Below the pieces are notes generated by a model. That model was not told the DNA's origin and made no database searches. It saw only the letters and a program-made list of their open reading frames with translations. A stretch of 64,000 nt of DNA from Octopus sinensis (taxonomy: Eukaryota), in NCBI RefSeq assembly GCF_006345805.1, contig NC_043013.1:23746001-23810000 (forward strand), written 5' to 3'. Positions 50,401 to 63,617 of the stretch are shown here, in pieces; position 1 is the stretch's first letter, and each line of letters begins with the position of its first letter. Made by a program: the position numbers and the translations under genes.

Positions 50401-51183
50401 TTATGAAGCTAAAGATAATAATGTTTTAAGATGAATCCAAATACACAAAGGGTAAACAGGGGTAAAAACTTTAAAAGTTGATAAATATTTATGTCCACAA
50501 AGAATAATGACATCCGAGATCTTATTAAGTAAAATTATTTTGTCAGCACAGAGTATGTAGATCACTTCTTTTGTACATAATTTACAGTTTCTGCTGTGTA
50601 TATTGTGTGGTGTGGTTTCCTTTATAATAGACCAATCTAGGCTGAATTCTTTGTTGTGTATTTTTAATGCATTAATGTGGGTTGCCAGTGCAGTTGAATT
50701 TTTTGTTTCTTGATTAATAAATGAATTTGTGCGTGCCCTATATCTAATCTTAAAATCAGTTGTATTTCCTATGTAAATCTTTTTTAATTCACTAAGGGTT
50801 GAAACCTCAACCTTATATATGACATTTTTCCTTAAACTGAATCCCTTTAAGGGACACAACTCCTGATTATGGCAATCACAGGTTTTATTTCCATGTTTCG
50901 TTTTTATATTTTTAATATCAGGATTCTTATTGTTCTTCATATTAAGGTCAGCTATATTGTCATTTCTATCGACACTATTATTTCTAAATTTAAATCTATT
51001 ATTGGCCGCAATTATAGATCCTAAATTGGGCGTTGATAATTTAAGGCAGGACCTATTAAAGATGGAATGAGATTTATGGCCTAATGAGAAATTCCAGTCA
51101 AAAATCTTAAAAAATAATTTAGGGAGGTTTCTGTCTTGGATGGAAAAAGGAGGGGTGAACCAAATAATTTCCCATTTCCTCAC
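50401..51183 (-). mobile_element. Penelope-like element C-terminal ORF fragment (thumb/Cys linker + GIY-YIG endonuclease; Neptune-like)
   Basis: IIWFTPPFS, IFNR, CDC...CPL.G, VIYK..., YIGNT..FK.RY, T.LA.HI..LK, W.II, CKLC.KE, LLN. Confidence 0.85.
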
Positions 51184-51209
51184 CGAGTTGTTCCTACTCT
51201 CCCAGCATA

Positions 51210-51249
<40 letters not shown>

Positions 51250-51251
<2 letters not shown>

Positions 51252-51799
51252 GAGTGAGAGAGCAGTGCATGCCATCAAAGTGACACTGGGGTAAAAATAT
51301 ACAAAGCCCAGTATACCCATCATGACTACCCGTCTGATAAGGGTACACCAGGCACATGCATCACAACAATGTGTGCGCGACATGGTGATCTTATATCAAA
51401 ATAAACAGCGCATGATCTTGCAGGTGGGGCCCAGTTAGAATTTTCTTCTGGTTGAGTAACCCATCCTGCTCAAAAGGTCCCTGAATAAGGGTTGTTTAAG
51501 GATGTTGAACGAAACACCCATGTTTCCAGAGGTGAATAATTCAAACCCCAAAGAATCCCTCTCAACACATGGCTATGATGCTCCCATACTACTTCTGCTC
51601 GAGATCAGAGATGCACATATCGTCAGCCACCAAGGGACATGCTCAACTGGTTAAGGTCAAACAACTGACAAGCAAATCTGTGGTATTGAGCAGAATATTT
51701 GCTGTAGCCCATCTTTTATACCAAGACAAAACAATGTACATGATAACACTTCCAATCAGTTAAGACAAGAAGCTATGAGAGCCACTGCCTGGTACTGCA

Positions 51800-51802
<3 letters not shown>
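51250..51802. repeat. Unclassified interspersed repeat bounded by (ATT)n runs
   Basis: Higher-complexity non-coding block flanked on both sides by (ATT)n; retroposon origin is inferred only. Confidence 0.4.
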
Positions 51803-51848
<46 letters not shown>

Positions 51849-53063
51849 ATGAATTATAGTATCTTCTATTATGGTGTCAGTCCTGATGCTCAGGGGAGGA
51901 GATTGTTCATGGGAGGCGTTTCAGTGCAAGATTTGGAAAACGTTTACCTAATTTATTTTTAAATATTGTATTCTTGATATAATATATCTTCCTGTTGATT
52001 CCACTGTTCTTTAATGCTGAATTCTCTCTTTGTTTAGTGTGGAAATCCTCATAAAAGTATCAGTTTGTATGCGTAAATCATTCACTGTACATCATCATCA
52101 TCATCATTTAACATCCGCTTTCCATGCTAGCATGGGGGTATTCAAACCAAGCAAAAATGTCACGGTTAATCAGGGAACTAATTTCTTGACATACACCATT
52201 CATCATAATCAATGTATCACACATCACAGGACGAAAGCAACCAAAGTTGTTTTCCAACTCCAAAATTTCATCTTTTTGAATACCTTCTATTTTTATCATT
52301 TATTTTTAAATTTTATCATCAAAACTCTTTGAACCTTTATTCAGTAAAAAAATAATTCTCTTCCATATTTACCCTCTTTCAGATAAAAGCTTATCAGATT
52401 TTTCTCTAAAAGTTCTTGGCTATAATTAGCATTTTATTGAAAGTATACTTTTGTTTTTGCTGATTTTTGGCCATTTTTTTTTATATAAGATTTATAGTTT
52501 TATGATCCATAAATAGAAATAAGGTCAAATAAATTCTATTGTTGGCACAAACCAATTACATCAACCGAAATCTAGAAATATGTAGAACAATCTTATAGTG
52601 CCAACTGGCAGACAAGTCACAGTAAACTTGTAAATATTGTCATCTCTTTGCTAATCAATATATAACACTTTGATACCAACGGCTATCAGTGTTTAGTTCA
52701 ATATGAAGACTTAGTTTTTAGTTTTATATCTTCTTCAGTTACATTAACAAGTATTTTCTTGGAAATGTTTTTATCTTTCTCAGAAATAATGGATTATTGA
52801 TTTATTTTAACCATTCACCCATGAAAACCTTCTGTGAAATATTGATTTCTTTGTCAAGAATAAAGTCCCACTTATACAGGGAGGGAGGAGTGAGATCATG
52901 TGACATTCATGCATTTCTCAGAGCTTTAAGTGGCTGATTAAATTCGATTCAACTGGGAACTGAATCTCAGTTGTAAACTTGGCTTCCTGAGAACTTACTG
53001 CATCATCTAAATAACTAACTCAAAGTAAACTTATGGAGCGGAAAGACTGTATAAATATATACA

Positions 53064-53110
<47 letters not shown>

Positions 53111-53607
53111 ACACACACACACACACACACACACCACACACACAGAGTCTATTATTCCAACCATCTCCCTTGTTGCCAACTCCATGAAATACTAAAAAAC
53201 AATAGGTTCTCCCTGTTAGACACTGATGTTGTATCAGTCTCCAGTTTATATTTCTTTTTACCTTGGTGTTCTTCTCTTTTGGAAACATTTTATAACTGTA
53301 GCCATTAATAAAGTTTTTTCTTCAATCTTTCTGTTTTTTATTATTTTTATATTTATTTCTATTTTTCAAATTTTCCTTCCTGTCGTCTTTTCTTAGACAT
53401 CTGGATTCAAAGATTTGCCACCAAACAGATGTTCCATTGAACGATGACAAACAACTTCAACCAAGAAAGAATAATTCAAAACTATTTATATTTAAAGTAA
53501 TGAGAACATCTTTGCGGATTGTTGGCAGTTGTGGGTGCATCAGGATTATCTCTAAATCATAAATCTTGAATCATTTCTGCAAATGAAATTGTGTTTTTTT
53601 TTTTTTA

Positions 53608-53742
53608 TTATTCTGTAAACATCCTTGAACGAGTCAATACTGACGTTCCAGTGTGACCACTCAGTTTCCTACGAGTCAAATCCTCCTGAAAAATCACAAC
53701 CCTCGAATTCGAAAATGGATGGAAACACTTGTTAATGTCAGC
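53608..53742 (-). CDS. Candidate terminal exon ADINKCFHPFSNSRVVIFQEDL...MFTE* of an unidentified gene
   Basis: ctacatacag acceptor, 44 codons to TAA, UTR-like downstream sequence; no family recognised. Confidence 0.3.
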   Translation of the reverse strand, partial: ADINKCFHPFSNSRVVIFQEDLTRRKLSGHTGTSVLTRSRMFTE

Positions 53743-54518
53743 CTGTATGTAGAATAACTGAGAGAGGTCATGTATGGAATGACTTTGGCCGCAGGTCTGC
53801 TGGATTTTCAATAGAAAACATGCTACACTAAAAGATTAAATGTCAAACAACTTTAATCAGTCAAACTAAAGGGACCGTCTGGTTGGGAAGAATATCCATT
53901 TTTTTCTTTAGGTAAAAAATCAGATCGTGTGAATTGTCCTGTTCCTCTCCCTGCTCTGTTTGCCAGTAAGTGTTTTCAACCATAGCCTCAGGCCAACCAG
54001 GAAGGAAAGAAGACACAGAGAGAGAGAGAGGATCGGTCTGGTTGTCAGGTAGGCACTGGCTGGATAAGACTTGCATGGTTGGCAGCGAGCATGCACAACA
54101 TGGGAGCGAGTGACCATGCTGCTGCATTGTCAGAGGCCAACGTAAATGAAGGTGAGGTGAATCTAATCCAACTTATCTAATCCATCATCATCGTTTTCCA
54201 TTCCTACACTCACATGCAGCATCAACGGCAGCTTCTGCCCCACAAGCACCACTAAACAAAGCTAAGCAATTCATCCAATTGCTCTCTCATTAACTCTTTC
54301 CCTATCCACTCTATGCGACAGAGCATTCATGCATTGACAAACAACACCCCCAAAAATTCATGTCCACACAAACCACAACATTCCCAATGCAATTCATAAC
54401 CACTTTCTCCGTTGCTCTTACCATTTCCCCTGCCTTGCCTTTCGCAACTGTTTCCATTTTCATTTTAATATCATAACACTGACATCATCTTATTTTGCAC
54501 ATTTACCTTCCTACTACC

Positions 54519-54751
54519 TATTTCTTTACTACCCACAAGGGGCTAAACACAGAGGGGACAAACAAGTACAGACAAACGGATGAAGTCGATTACATTGACC
54601 CCAGTGCGTAACTGGTACTTATTTAATTGACCCCGAAAGGATGAAAGGCAAAGTCAACCTCGGCGGAATTTGAACTCAGAACGTAACGGCAGACGAAATA
54701 CAGCTACGCATTTCGCCCAGCATGCTAACATTTCTGCCAGCTCGCCGCCTT
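54519..54751 (-). mobile_element. Family-A SINE variant with TSD ctactacc
   Basis: TSD at 54511-18 and 54752-59; same tail variant as 29700-29931. Confidence 0.88.
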
Positions 54752-55574
54752 CTACTACCAGTTCTACTACCTTCCTACTACCAGTTCTTTATTACCGCAG
54801 CAGCTGCAAGTTTGCAACTTATCTACACTTACATACTAACCCTTCAATTAATATCTAATACTTAACAGTGTCTCTCACTGCATTTCATCATGCTTACTTT
54901 AGTTTGACTCTTTAGTTTGACCCTTTAACCAAGGTGTAAGAATTTCAAACTTGTATCTCTGAAATTAATCTAGACATTTCCACAGATTACCAATTTTTCT
55001 GTCTCATAAATGAAAGCAATGCTCTGTTTTCTGGGACATGGTAGAAGTTCTTCTACTATGTCCCAGCATGTAAGCTGCTCTTAGTATAAACAATGTTTAT
55101 TTCCATATGATTTTATGATTGGTTCTATAAACTCAGGTTAAAGGCAGAAGAAGTTAAATACGCATTTCCAGCCCAATGAAGAACTGAACGTTAACCCTTT
55201 TGTTACTGTATTTATTTTGAGATGCTCTGTGTTTCTTCCAATTATTTTAAATACAACAAAGAATTTAGCAAAATAACTTAGTTATAATTAAACTAGTGTT
55301 AGGAACATAAATTGTGACTAAGATTTGGTGGACGATTTGAATTCAAAACTTATGAAAACAAGACATTTATACTAAAGAGCCAGAGCCGGTTTCAGCTGGG
55401 TTGGTAACAAAAGGGTTAAAAGTGGGAAAATAATGGGTTTTCTGTGACTTGTGAATGACCAAAACTTATTTGTGAAATTTGAATTTGAGATTTTTACTTA
55501 TACACTCCAGTATTTTCATCTCTCTCTCACCCTCACCTTCTCTCTCTCACCCTCACCTTCTCTCTCTCACCTTC

Positions 55575-55610
<36 letters not shown>

Positions 55611-55871
55611 TCTCCAATTTCTGCTTTTGTGGTTTTTCAAAGTGGTTCTTATCCACTCTATCCAGTTAGTTCATTGCAGCATTAATTAAGTGATGCTAAT
55701 TATTTCATCAATATGAATTTAAACCAAATCTAAATTAAAAACAAGCAACAAACATCAGCTAAGTCCATTACGGACCTTAATGCACAATATTACTTAATAA
55801 ACATATTATTATTATTATTATAGTTGGTGTTTTTATGTGGTTGCTGTGAGTGTTAGACTATACATGGCAAG

Positions 55872-55906
<35 letters not shown>

Positions 55907-56168
55907 TACAGTTACATGTTAAATTCCAGTAGTTTAATCATCCAGGACAGATTAACATGTTTCAGGTTACTATTTACCCTAATAAGATAAAACCACCAGG
56001 ATTAATCCACAACAGATTATGTGGTGATAATGCTAATTCCAAAAACCTTTTGAAGATGTTAATTCGCAACTAAACATTCTGAAATTCAATTTAGTAAGAA
56101 GCAAAAGCAGTTTTAACTGAATAACATTTGCATTGTTGTGTTTTCATTTACACAGAATATAAAGGTAC

Positions 56169-56203
<35 letters not shown>

Positions 56204-56399
56204 CACACACATGCACGCACACACACACACACACGCACACACACACACACACACGCACACTCATCACGTGTTTATATATGTGTAAATATTTGTGTGTGTG
56301 TGTCTATGGAGAGAAAGGGAATCAACATGTGAGATGGAGACCTTTATTGAAGACCAAGTCCACGGGATAAAGAGTGGTTATAAGAGGAATACAAATGAA

Positions 56400-56407
56400 C
56401 TGGATCA

Positions 56408-56475
<68 letters not shown>

Positions 56476-56761
56476 CACGCACACACACATATGTATATAT
56501 ATATATATACAAAATAAGAAAATGGAGAAACACATCTTAATCAATGATCAAGATCATTGATTAAGATGTGTTTCTCCATTTTCTTATTTTGTATTATTAA
56601 TTTGTGGTAACATTTTACCTTTGCCCATATAATACAGTAAATGAATTAATTGCATACTAATTCTTAACATTATGTATTAACTTTGTTGGGTGCTTTACTA
56701 GCAGTATATTGGATATATGTTATCCCATGGAGGGTTGCACTTACAACCCCTATCCAATTTG

Positions 56762-56824
<63 letters not shown>

Positions 56825-56965
56825 TATATTTCTCGGAGTTTTTATGGTAGTTGAAAAGACATTAGCATCTATTTCTAATTCAGTATGTGGCGAGGTAATT
56901 AGCCAACTCCTCATTATAATTATGTATATAATTGTAGAATATTTTGTGTACATATGTACATATAG

Positions 56966-57037
<72 letters not shown>

Positions 57038-57099
57038 TATATATTATATATATATACATACGTACACACACACATACACATATATATATACATACGCTT

Positions 57100-57132
<33 letters not shown>

Positions 57133-57199
57133 CATATGTACATACAGGTATGCATATATATATATATATATATGTGTGTGTATGTGTGTGCGTGTGTGT

Positions 57200-57247
<48 letters not shown>

Positions 57248-57574
57248 TGTATGCATGTGTAAATATTGTTAAATACATATACAAATGTATATGCTTTGTG
57301 TATTTTCCGGTGGTTGCCATGGCATAATGGAGTAATAACTCTCATGTCGCCAGTATTAAAACGCTTTCGAATCATGGACAGGTGAGATAACCCACCCTCA
57401 GTCTCATTTCACTTAGATATTCCTTTGCCTGTTTTGTTACTGAGTATTATTGTTGTTGTTGTTGCTGTTGTTGTTGTTGTTGTTATTATTATTTTATATA
57501 CATATATATATATTTGTATATACATAAGTTTATACATACATACATTTATATATATTATATATATATATATTAGA

Positions 57575-57638
<64 letters not shown>

Positions 57639-57800
57639 ATATTATATATATATATACACGCACACACACATATGTATATATATATATATATAATATATAT
57701 ATATATGTATGTATGTATATTTGTGTATATGTATACACACACACACAGACAAACATATATATATCATGATAATGATGATGATGATGATGATGATTATATA
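56400..57800. repeat. Compound (TA)n/(CA)n/(TG)n/(GAT)n microsatellite field; similar runs at 283-530, 21535-21620, 28570-28780, 35535-35610, 36120-36320, 45310-45440, 46505-46690, 62900-63130
   Basis: Direct reading. Confidence 0.95.
56507..56594. repeat. Perfect 43-bp-arm hairpin, 2-nt loop
   Basis: atacaaaataagaaaatggagaaacacatcttaatcaatgatc-aa-reverse complement. Confidence 0.95.
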
Positions 57801-57809
57801 TCTGTGTGT

Positions 57810-58460
57810 GGCAGATGTGCAGGTACAATAAACACTAAGAATGTGCAGAAAATAGACATCCTTAAATGTCTAGTGGGGTGGGGATCCTTAGAAGTAGTAG
57901 ATAGCTTCTGTTACCTGGGCAACCAAGTTGGCAATGGAGGAGGATGCTCTGAAAATGTTGTTGCTAGAATAAGAACTGGCTGGGCAAAATTCAGAGAGCT
58001 ACTACCTTTGTTGGTAGCAAAGAGCCTCTTCCTTCGAATGAAAGGCAGGTTGTATGATGCCTGTATGTGAACAGCTATGCTACATGGCAGTGAAATATGG
58101 ACTGTGATCGCAGAGGACATGCAAAAGGTTGGAAGAAATGAAGCTAGCATGCTCCACTGGATGTACAATGTCAGCGTGCATGTTCGACAGAGTGCGAATG
58201 TTTTAAGAGAAAAATTGGGTTTAAGAGATATCAGCTGTAGTGTGCCAGAGAGGAGACTGCACTGGTATGGGTATGTATGATGGGTAAGGGTGAGGACAGC
58301 TGCATAAAGAAGTGCCAATCTGTAATTGTGGAGGGAACCTATGGAAGAGGAACATCCTGAAAGATGTGAAATGAAGTGATGAGAAATAATCTTCAGATGT
58401 AGAACCTCACAGAGGTGATGAAGGACTGAGACATCTGGTGCTTTACTGGGCTTGAGAAGA
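57810..58460 (+). mobile_element. RTE-clade LINE 3' fragment
   Basis: LEVVDSFCYLG...RIRTGWAKFRELLPLL...KGRLYDAC...MLHGSE.W...RRLHWYG. Confidence 0.88.
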
Positions 58461-59520
58461 CACTGAAGCTAAGTAAACTCATGGCCATACATACCAGCAT
58501 GTCCTTTACTACCATGCCCACTCCCACAGAACTCCCCCAACAATCTTACTCCCACCCATGATCACCACGTGATACACGACCCTCAACTCTCCCTCATGTG
58601 CCTACCCACACATTCTCCATGTCCTCACATATCTACCATAGTCTCCCTCACCATCACTTGCTACACTCGCCCCTTCCTCATCTCTAAACAACTCCCCTCA
58701 CAATTTTATGAAACATCCCTTCTTCTGTACCACTTATATTCACCCCCCCTAAACCTTGTGGGTATGTCCTGATGCATCTCTAGCACCATCTATTTCTCTC
58801 TCTCTCTTTCTCTCTTGTTCTCTCTTTCTTACTCTCTCCTATCTTTCCCTACTTGAGTAGCCAAGTATGTCCCCTATACTAAGGCACCTATCTCTCTCCC
58901 TCTCCTATACTGTAACTTCTCAACCGGCACAAAGCCACCCTGACCCTCGCTATTATTCCCTCTCCCAGCCGAGGGGGTTTTGTCTTGCAAGCTACCTGGA
59001 GACCCTGCTAGTGCTGGTGCCGAGTAAAAAGCAGCCAGTAAACTCTGTAAAGTGGATGCCATTAGGAAGGCTGTTTATCTGGAGGAACCATTACAAAGCA
59101 AATAACGAAGCCTGACACAGTTCTCTAGCTTCCTGACATCAATCAAGCCAATCGATGTTAAATGATGAGGATGATGATGATGATGATATATGCATGTGTG
59201 GGTGTGTGGGGGGTGTATAAGAGAAATTAAGAAAAACAGAAGTTGTGTTATTAGTTCCTATCTCTGTTTCCACATTCTGGTTGCATAGAACCCTGCATTG
59301 GATGTTCCAAGTGTAAATGAGTTCTTAATGAGAAAGGATCGTTAGGGAACACTTAAGTTACAGAGAACTAGAAATTGTGTGTGTGTGCGCACGTGTATGT
59401 ATGCATATCTCTATATCTCTCTCTCTCTATATATATATATATATCATCATCATCATCATCATCATCATCGTTTAACGTTGATGATGATGATGATGATGAT
59501 GATATATATATATATATATA

Positions 59521-60932
59521 TGATCTGACTGGACTGGTGCAGCTTTCGGGCTCCCCAGACCCCAGTTGAACCGTCCAACCCATGCTAGCATGGAAAGCGG
59601 ACGTTAAATGATGATGATGATGATGATGATATATATATATATATATATATATATGAAAGAAGGTTTGAAAATGCAATTTTAAAAGATGTTTATTTACTTG
59701 ACTGGTTTCACCTTTTTAGAAAAAGATTGTCAAAAGTAAATTGTAAAAGCTTTGTTGTGTTAGGTACTGGTTGTCGCAAAATATTACAATACATACATAC
59801 ATCCTTTGATAATAATAAGAACATGTTAAAAACAGCTTACAAAGAAAAATCTTGGGAAAATATTAAAAAGTTCATTAAGATATTGGGCACAAAATATATA
59901 TATATATATTTCTGAAATGGAGGCAAATACCTTTCTCCATGTGATCATCATCATCATCATCATCACCATCATCATCGTTTAACGTCCGTTTTCCACGCTA
60001 GCACGGGTTGGACGGTTTGACCGGGGTCTGGGAAGCCAGGGGCTGCACCAGGCTGCAGAGTTTCTACAGCTGGATGCCCTTCCTAACGCCAACCACTCCA
60101 CGAAAAATTGTTAAGACACTAGGATATTCTCCTACTCTTCTTAACATGAAACCAATGGTAGCCTTAATTCACAAATCAAGAAATTATATATCCAACAAAG
60201 TGGTGTTGAACACTCATTTCATGGTTTTGGTAATATGTATATAGAAGGGTGTGCTGAAAAGTTTCTGGCTTTAAGGGTATTATGAAAGGCCTGGTTGGAG
60301 GCCCAACCTTGAAAGTTCTTTTACAGGGCTTAGAAAAACTGAAAGTCTGCAGCAATAAGTGTGTGAATCTGAGCAGGGAATATGTTGAATAAAATCATAA
60401 TTACCTGATCCTCCTCTGTTTTCTTTTACCCAAAAGCCAAGCACTTTTCAGAATCCCCCACTCACGTGTATAATTTTGAGAATCTAATCAATATTTAAGA
60501 TAACTTAATGATTTAATAATCTAATTACAGTTCGTTTTAAAATATCAACTATCCAGCATTTAGTTTCCTACTGGGTTAACTAACAAAGACAAAATGCTTG
60601 GATTTCATTTTGCAGTTACAAATTAGAAACTTTTAATATTTGGGGCAAAGGATGTTTGCAACAAAAATATTCTCAAACGGATTCATGTTGACTTATGGGG
60701 GAATATCTGCTTGAGTGTGGCTGTTGCCAGTACTGCCAAACTGGCCCTCGTGCCGGTGGCACGCAAAAGCACCGACTACACTCTCGGAGTGGTTGGCATT
60801 AGGAAGGGCATCCATCTGTAGAAACTCTGCCAGATCAGATTGGAGCCTGACGCAGCCATTTGGTTAGCCAGCCCTCAGTCAAAATCGTCCAACCCATGTT
60901 AGCATGGAAAACGGACGTTAAATGATGATGAT
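59521..60932. mobile_element. Cluster of short (GAT)n-tailed retroposon copies (~59521-59620 +, 59944-60100 -, 60700-60932 +); others at 52090-52140, 58980-59100, 63741-63838
   Basis: Shared ...aacccatgctagcatggaaa.cggacgttaaa(tga)n end. Confidence 0.75.
60243..60460 (+). mobile_element. Mariner-derived MITE
   Basis: TIRs gggtgtgctgaaaagtttctggcttt / aaagccaagcacttttcagaatcccc; interior translates to GLEKL....KCVNL.REYVE*. Confidence 0.75.
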
Positions 60933-61403
60933 GTTCTCTTGTTACTGCTTTGTTGTTGTTTAGCCCCAGGTCAGCTCTGAGCCCTAATCCTCTTGCCAGT
61001 CTTATAAAATTTCAGAAGTTGTATCCCTGCACTAAGCAAGAAAAACAGAAGCAAAACCATTCCTACCGTTACCATTCCATTTCCTCCCCACCCACAGAGT
61101 GTCTCTGACTACATCATCTAATATATTCTCTCTTGTTTTTTTACAATGGGAGTGTATGATTTCAGAGAGACTCGACTATTATTTCTAGCAAATAGAGTCT
61201 CCTCCCTTATTGACCCACTTTAAGCAAGATGGTGAAACACAGATATTAATGCTCAACTGATTGATTATGTTGGCTGATTAAATGGTTTAATGACAACATA
61301 CTGTACTTCATTCAAATCCAGACAAAGATTAATTAAGCCAGATTTGAACAATGACCTTGTGATGAGAGATTCCATAATTTTAAACCTGCTTCTCTCTCCT
61401 CAC

Positions 61404-61487
61404 CAAACAATTGTTTCTTCAGGTTAAAGAAAGCTCTGTGAAGATATTCCTTTGGATATATAATATATAGCATCCAGAGACTGGTAG
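61404..61487 (-). CDS. Candidate exon (A)TSLWMLYIIYPKEYLHRAFFNLKKQLF of an unidentified gene
   Basis: Strong acceptor ttttgtttttcctaaaacatag, gtgagg donor, open phase 1-1. Confidence 0.35.
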
Positions 61488-62095
61488 CTATGTTTTAGGA
61501 AAAACAAAATTAAATAATCAAACTGCTTGAAATTTTGTGGTGGTGGGGAGGGGGTACTTGATTAGTACTTTATTTTATCAACCCTGAAAGGATTTGAACT
61601 CAGAGCAGAATAGCACAACTAAATACTATTCTAATAATTCTGGGACCCATACTCAAGTCATTTGGTCCAACATTCTAAAGGTTCTACTTGTTTTTAATAG
61701 AAGCACAAAGCCAGAAATTAGTGTGGAAGAATACCGCTAATGTCATCGGACATGTTGACTTGATTGGTGTTTTAGCTTATTGATTCCAAAAAGATGAAAG
61801 GCAAAGTGTCTGTTCTTCTCAATCTTCAATCATCCCATCTTTGAGGCCCCATAAACTCAGATCTGACACTCCACCTCCAAATCTTCTGACTAATATCACT
61901 TTAAGTCATGTTGGTATTGGTTATGGCAAAACACAAGATTACTCTACACATGTGGTGTCCTCTTCACATGTGGTGTACTCAAACGTCACTTACTGACAAA
62001 AGAAATAAATGTCTAACTCTGTACATGATAGCAAGCTGTAATGATTATAAAATCTTTGATATGTTAGCTGGTAGTCAAAGAAATCCACGCATTAC

Positions 62096-62146
62096 CATTC
62101 AAGAAGAAAGGAAATATTGAAAAATATTTTAAGATGATTTTTGTTG
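62096..62146 (-). CDS. Candidate exon TKIILKYFSIFPFFLN of an unidentified gene
   Basis: ttttacttcag acceptor, gtaatg donor, phase 1-1, compatible with 61404-61487. Confidence 0.3.
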
Positions 62147-63263
62147 CTGAAGTAAAATTTCTTGAGAAATATTTCAGGTGCATAAATTTTGAAAGGAAGC
62201 TGATTATAGTTGGAAGGAAACATGGGGCTAGATTAGATTTAGATGATCTCTGATATGATATAGGTAATCTCTTTCAAAGATTCTTTCCAGAAACATTTTT
62301 TAATGGTTTCAGTCACTGAGCCATGCTGGGGCACCATCTTCAAGGGTCCAATGGCTTACATCAACCCCAGTTCTTGTTTTCTCAATTGTTACTAAATGTA
62401 TTGATCTCAGAAATAAGGGACCCTAAATGGATATGTGCAAGATTTATTTAAAACGATGTAATTAAATATCACAGTTAATTTTGTCCAAATCTCGACTGAT
62501 TCCATCAATCAAAGACTACTTTTGAAACAGTTTCGGTAAGCGCCGGTTTATGCAGTCAATAAATTTGTTGCTTTTGTAAATGTATTTTTGCAACTTCTTC
62601 AACAGATTCACTTTTTTCTTGAGCATCAAGTACATTACTTTGAACATGTTTTCATAAGTTAGATGATGATGATGATGGTGACGACGGCGGGAGGGGAGGG
62701 GAAGGAGGGAAGAGGGGGGGAGGAGGGGAGGAGGAGGAGGAGGAAGAGGAGGAGGAGGTAGTGGCAATGACCTTTACAAGTTTTCCCAGGTTGGTGAGAC
62801 TGATGCAGTTGACATTCAGCTTCAACATTTGTTAATCAATATTTGCAGAGAATGAGGGCAAAGAGATAACTCTAGAGGTGCTATACTTTCATTAATATCT
62901 ATCTACCTACCTACCTATCTATCTATCTATCAATCAATCTAACTATCTATCTATCTATCTATCTATCTATCTGTCTGTCTATCTATCTGTATATCTATCT
63001 ATCTATCTATCTATCTGTCTATCTATCTATATGTATGTATATATATATATATATACATACACACACACACATATATATATACATATATGTGTATATGTAT
63101 ATATATACACACACACACACACATATATATAAAATAGATAATTTCAAATTAATAATAAAAGGGTAAAATTAATCAATTAAATTAATTAATTAATCAATCA
63201 ATTAATTAATAATTTTACCAAGTAGATCGGTATGTTAAAATAACCTTTATAGGTAAAATTATG

Positions 63264-63617
63264 CAAATATTCTATAATTATAAACATAATTATAATTAGG
63301 GGTCAGCTAATTGCTTCACCACATACCAAATTTAGAAATAGGAGTTAAAATTCTCTTTTCTTCTACTGTGAGAATCTCCATGACTGAGGAGAGAAGTAAG
63401 TAATTAAAACCCTTTAATCTCAAAATGTGTCTGTGACTAATCAGAGTCTTGTTGATTCATTGTTTTTTCTCTTTGCCTTCGTAAAAAAGTGTTACTGTCA
63501 TGGAGATTCTTACAGTAGTAGAAAAGGGATTTTTAACTCCTATTTCTAAATTCGGTATGTTGTGAAGCAATTAGCTGACCCCTAATTATAATTATGTTTA
63601 TAGTTATAGAATATTTG
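63264..63617. mobile_element. MITE/foldback-like element with ~121-bp imperfect inverted arms
   Basis: Arms 63264-63384 and 63497-63617 with only a few mismatches; 112-bp spacer. Confidence 0.75.

Noticed and set aside
53396-53495. Plus-strand exon after a strong pyrimidine tract
   Set aside because: No recognisable product and no phase-linked partners; it may simply be the complement of an A-rich UTR.
55982-56075. Minus-strand exon LRINIFKRFLELALSPHNLLWINPGGFILL
   Set aside because: Phase could not be linked to the other candidates and the acceptor is uncertain.
63378-63505. Hammerhead inside the 63.3-kb foldback (CTGAGGA...ttcGTAA...GTC)
   Set aside because: GAAA is replaced by GTAA, stem III does not form, and stem I register is off by two nt.
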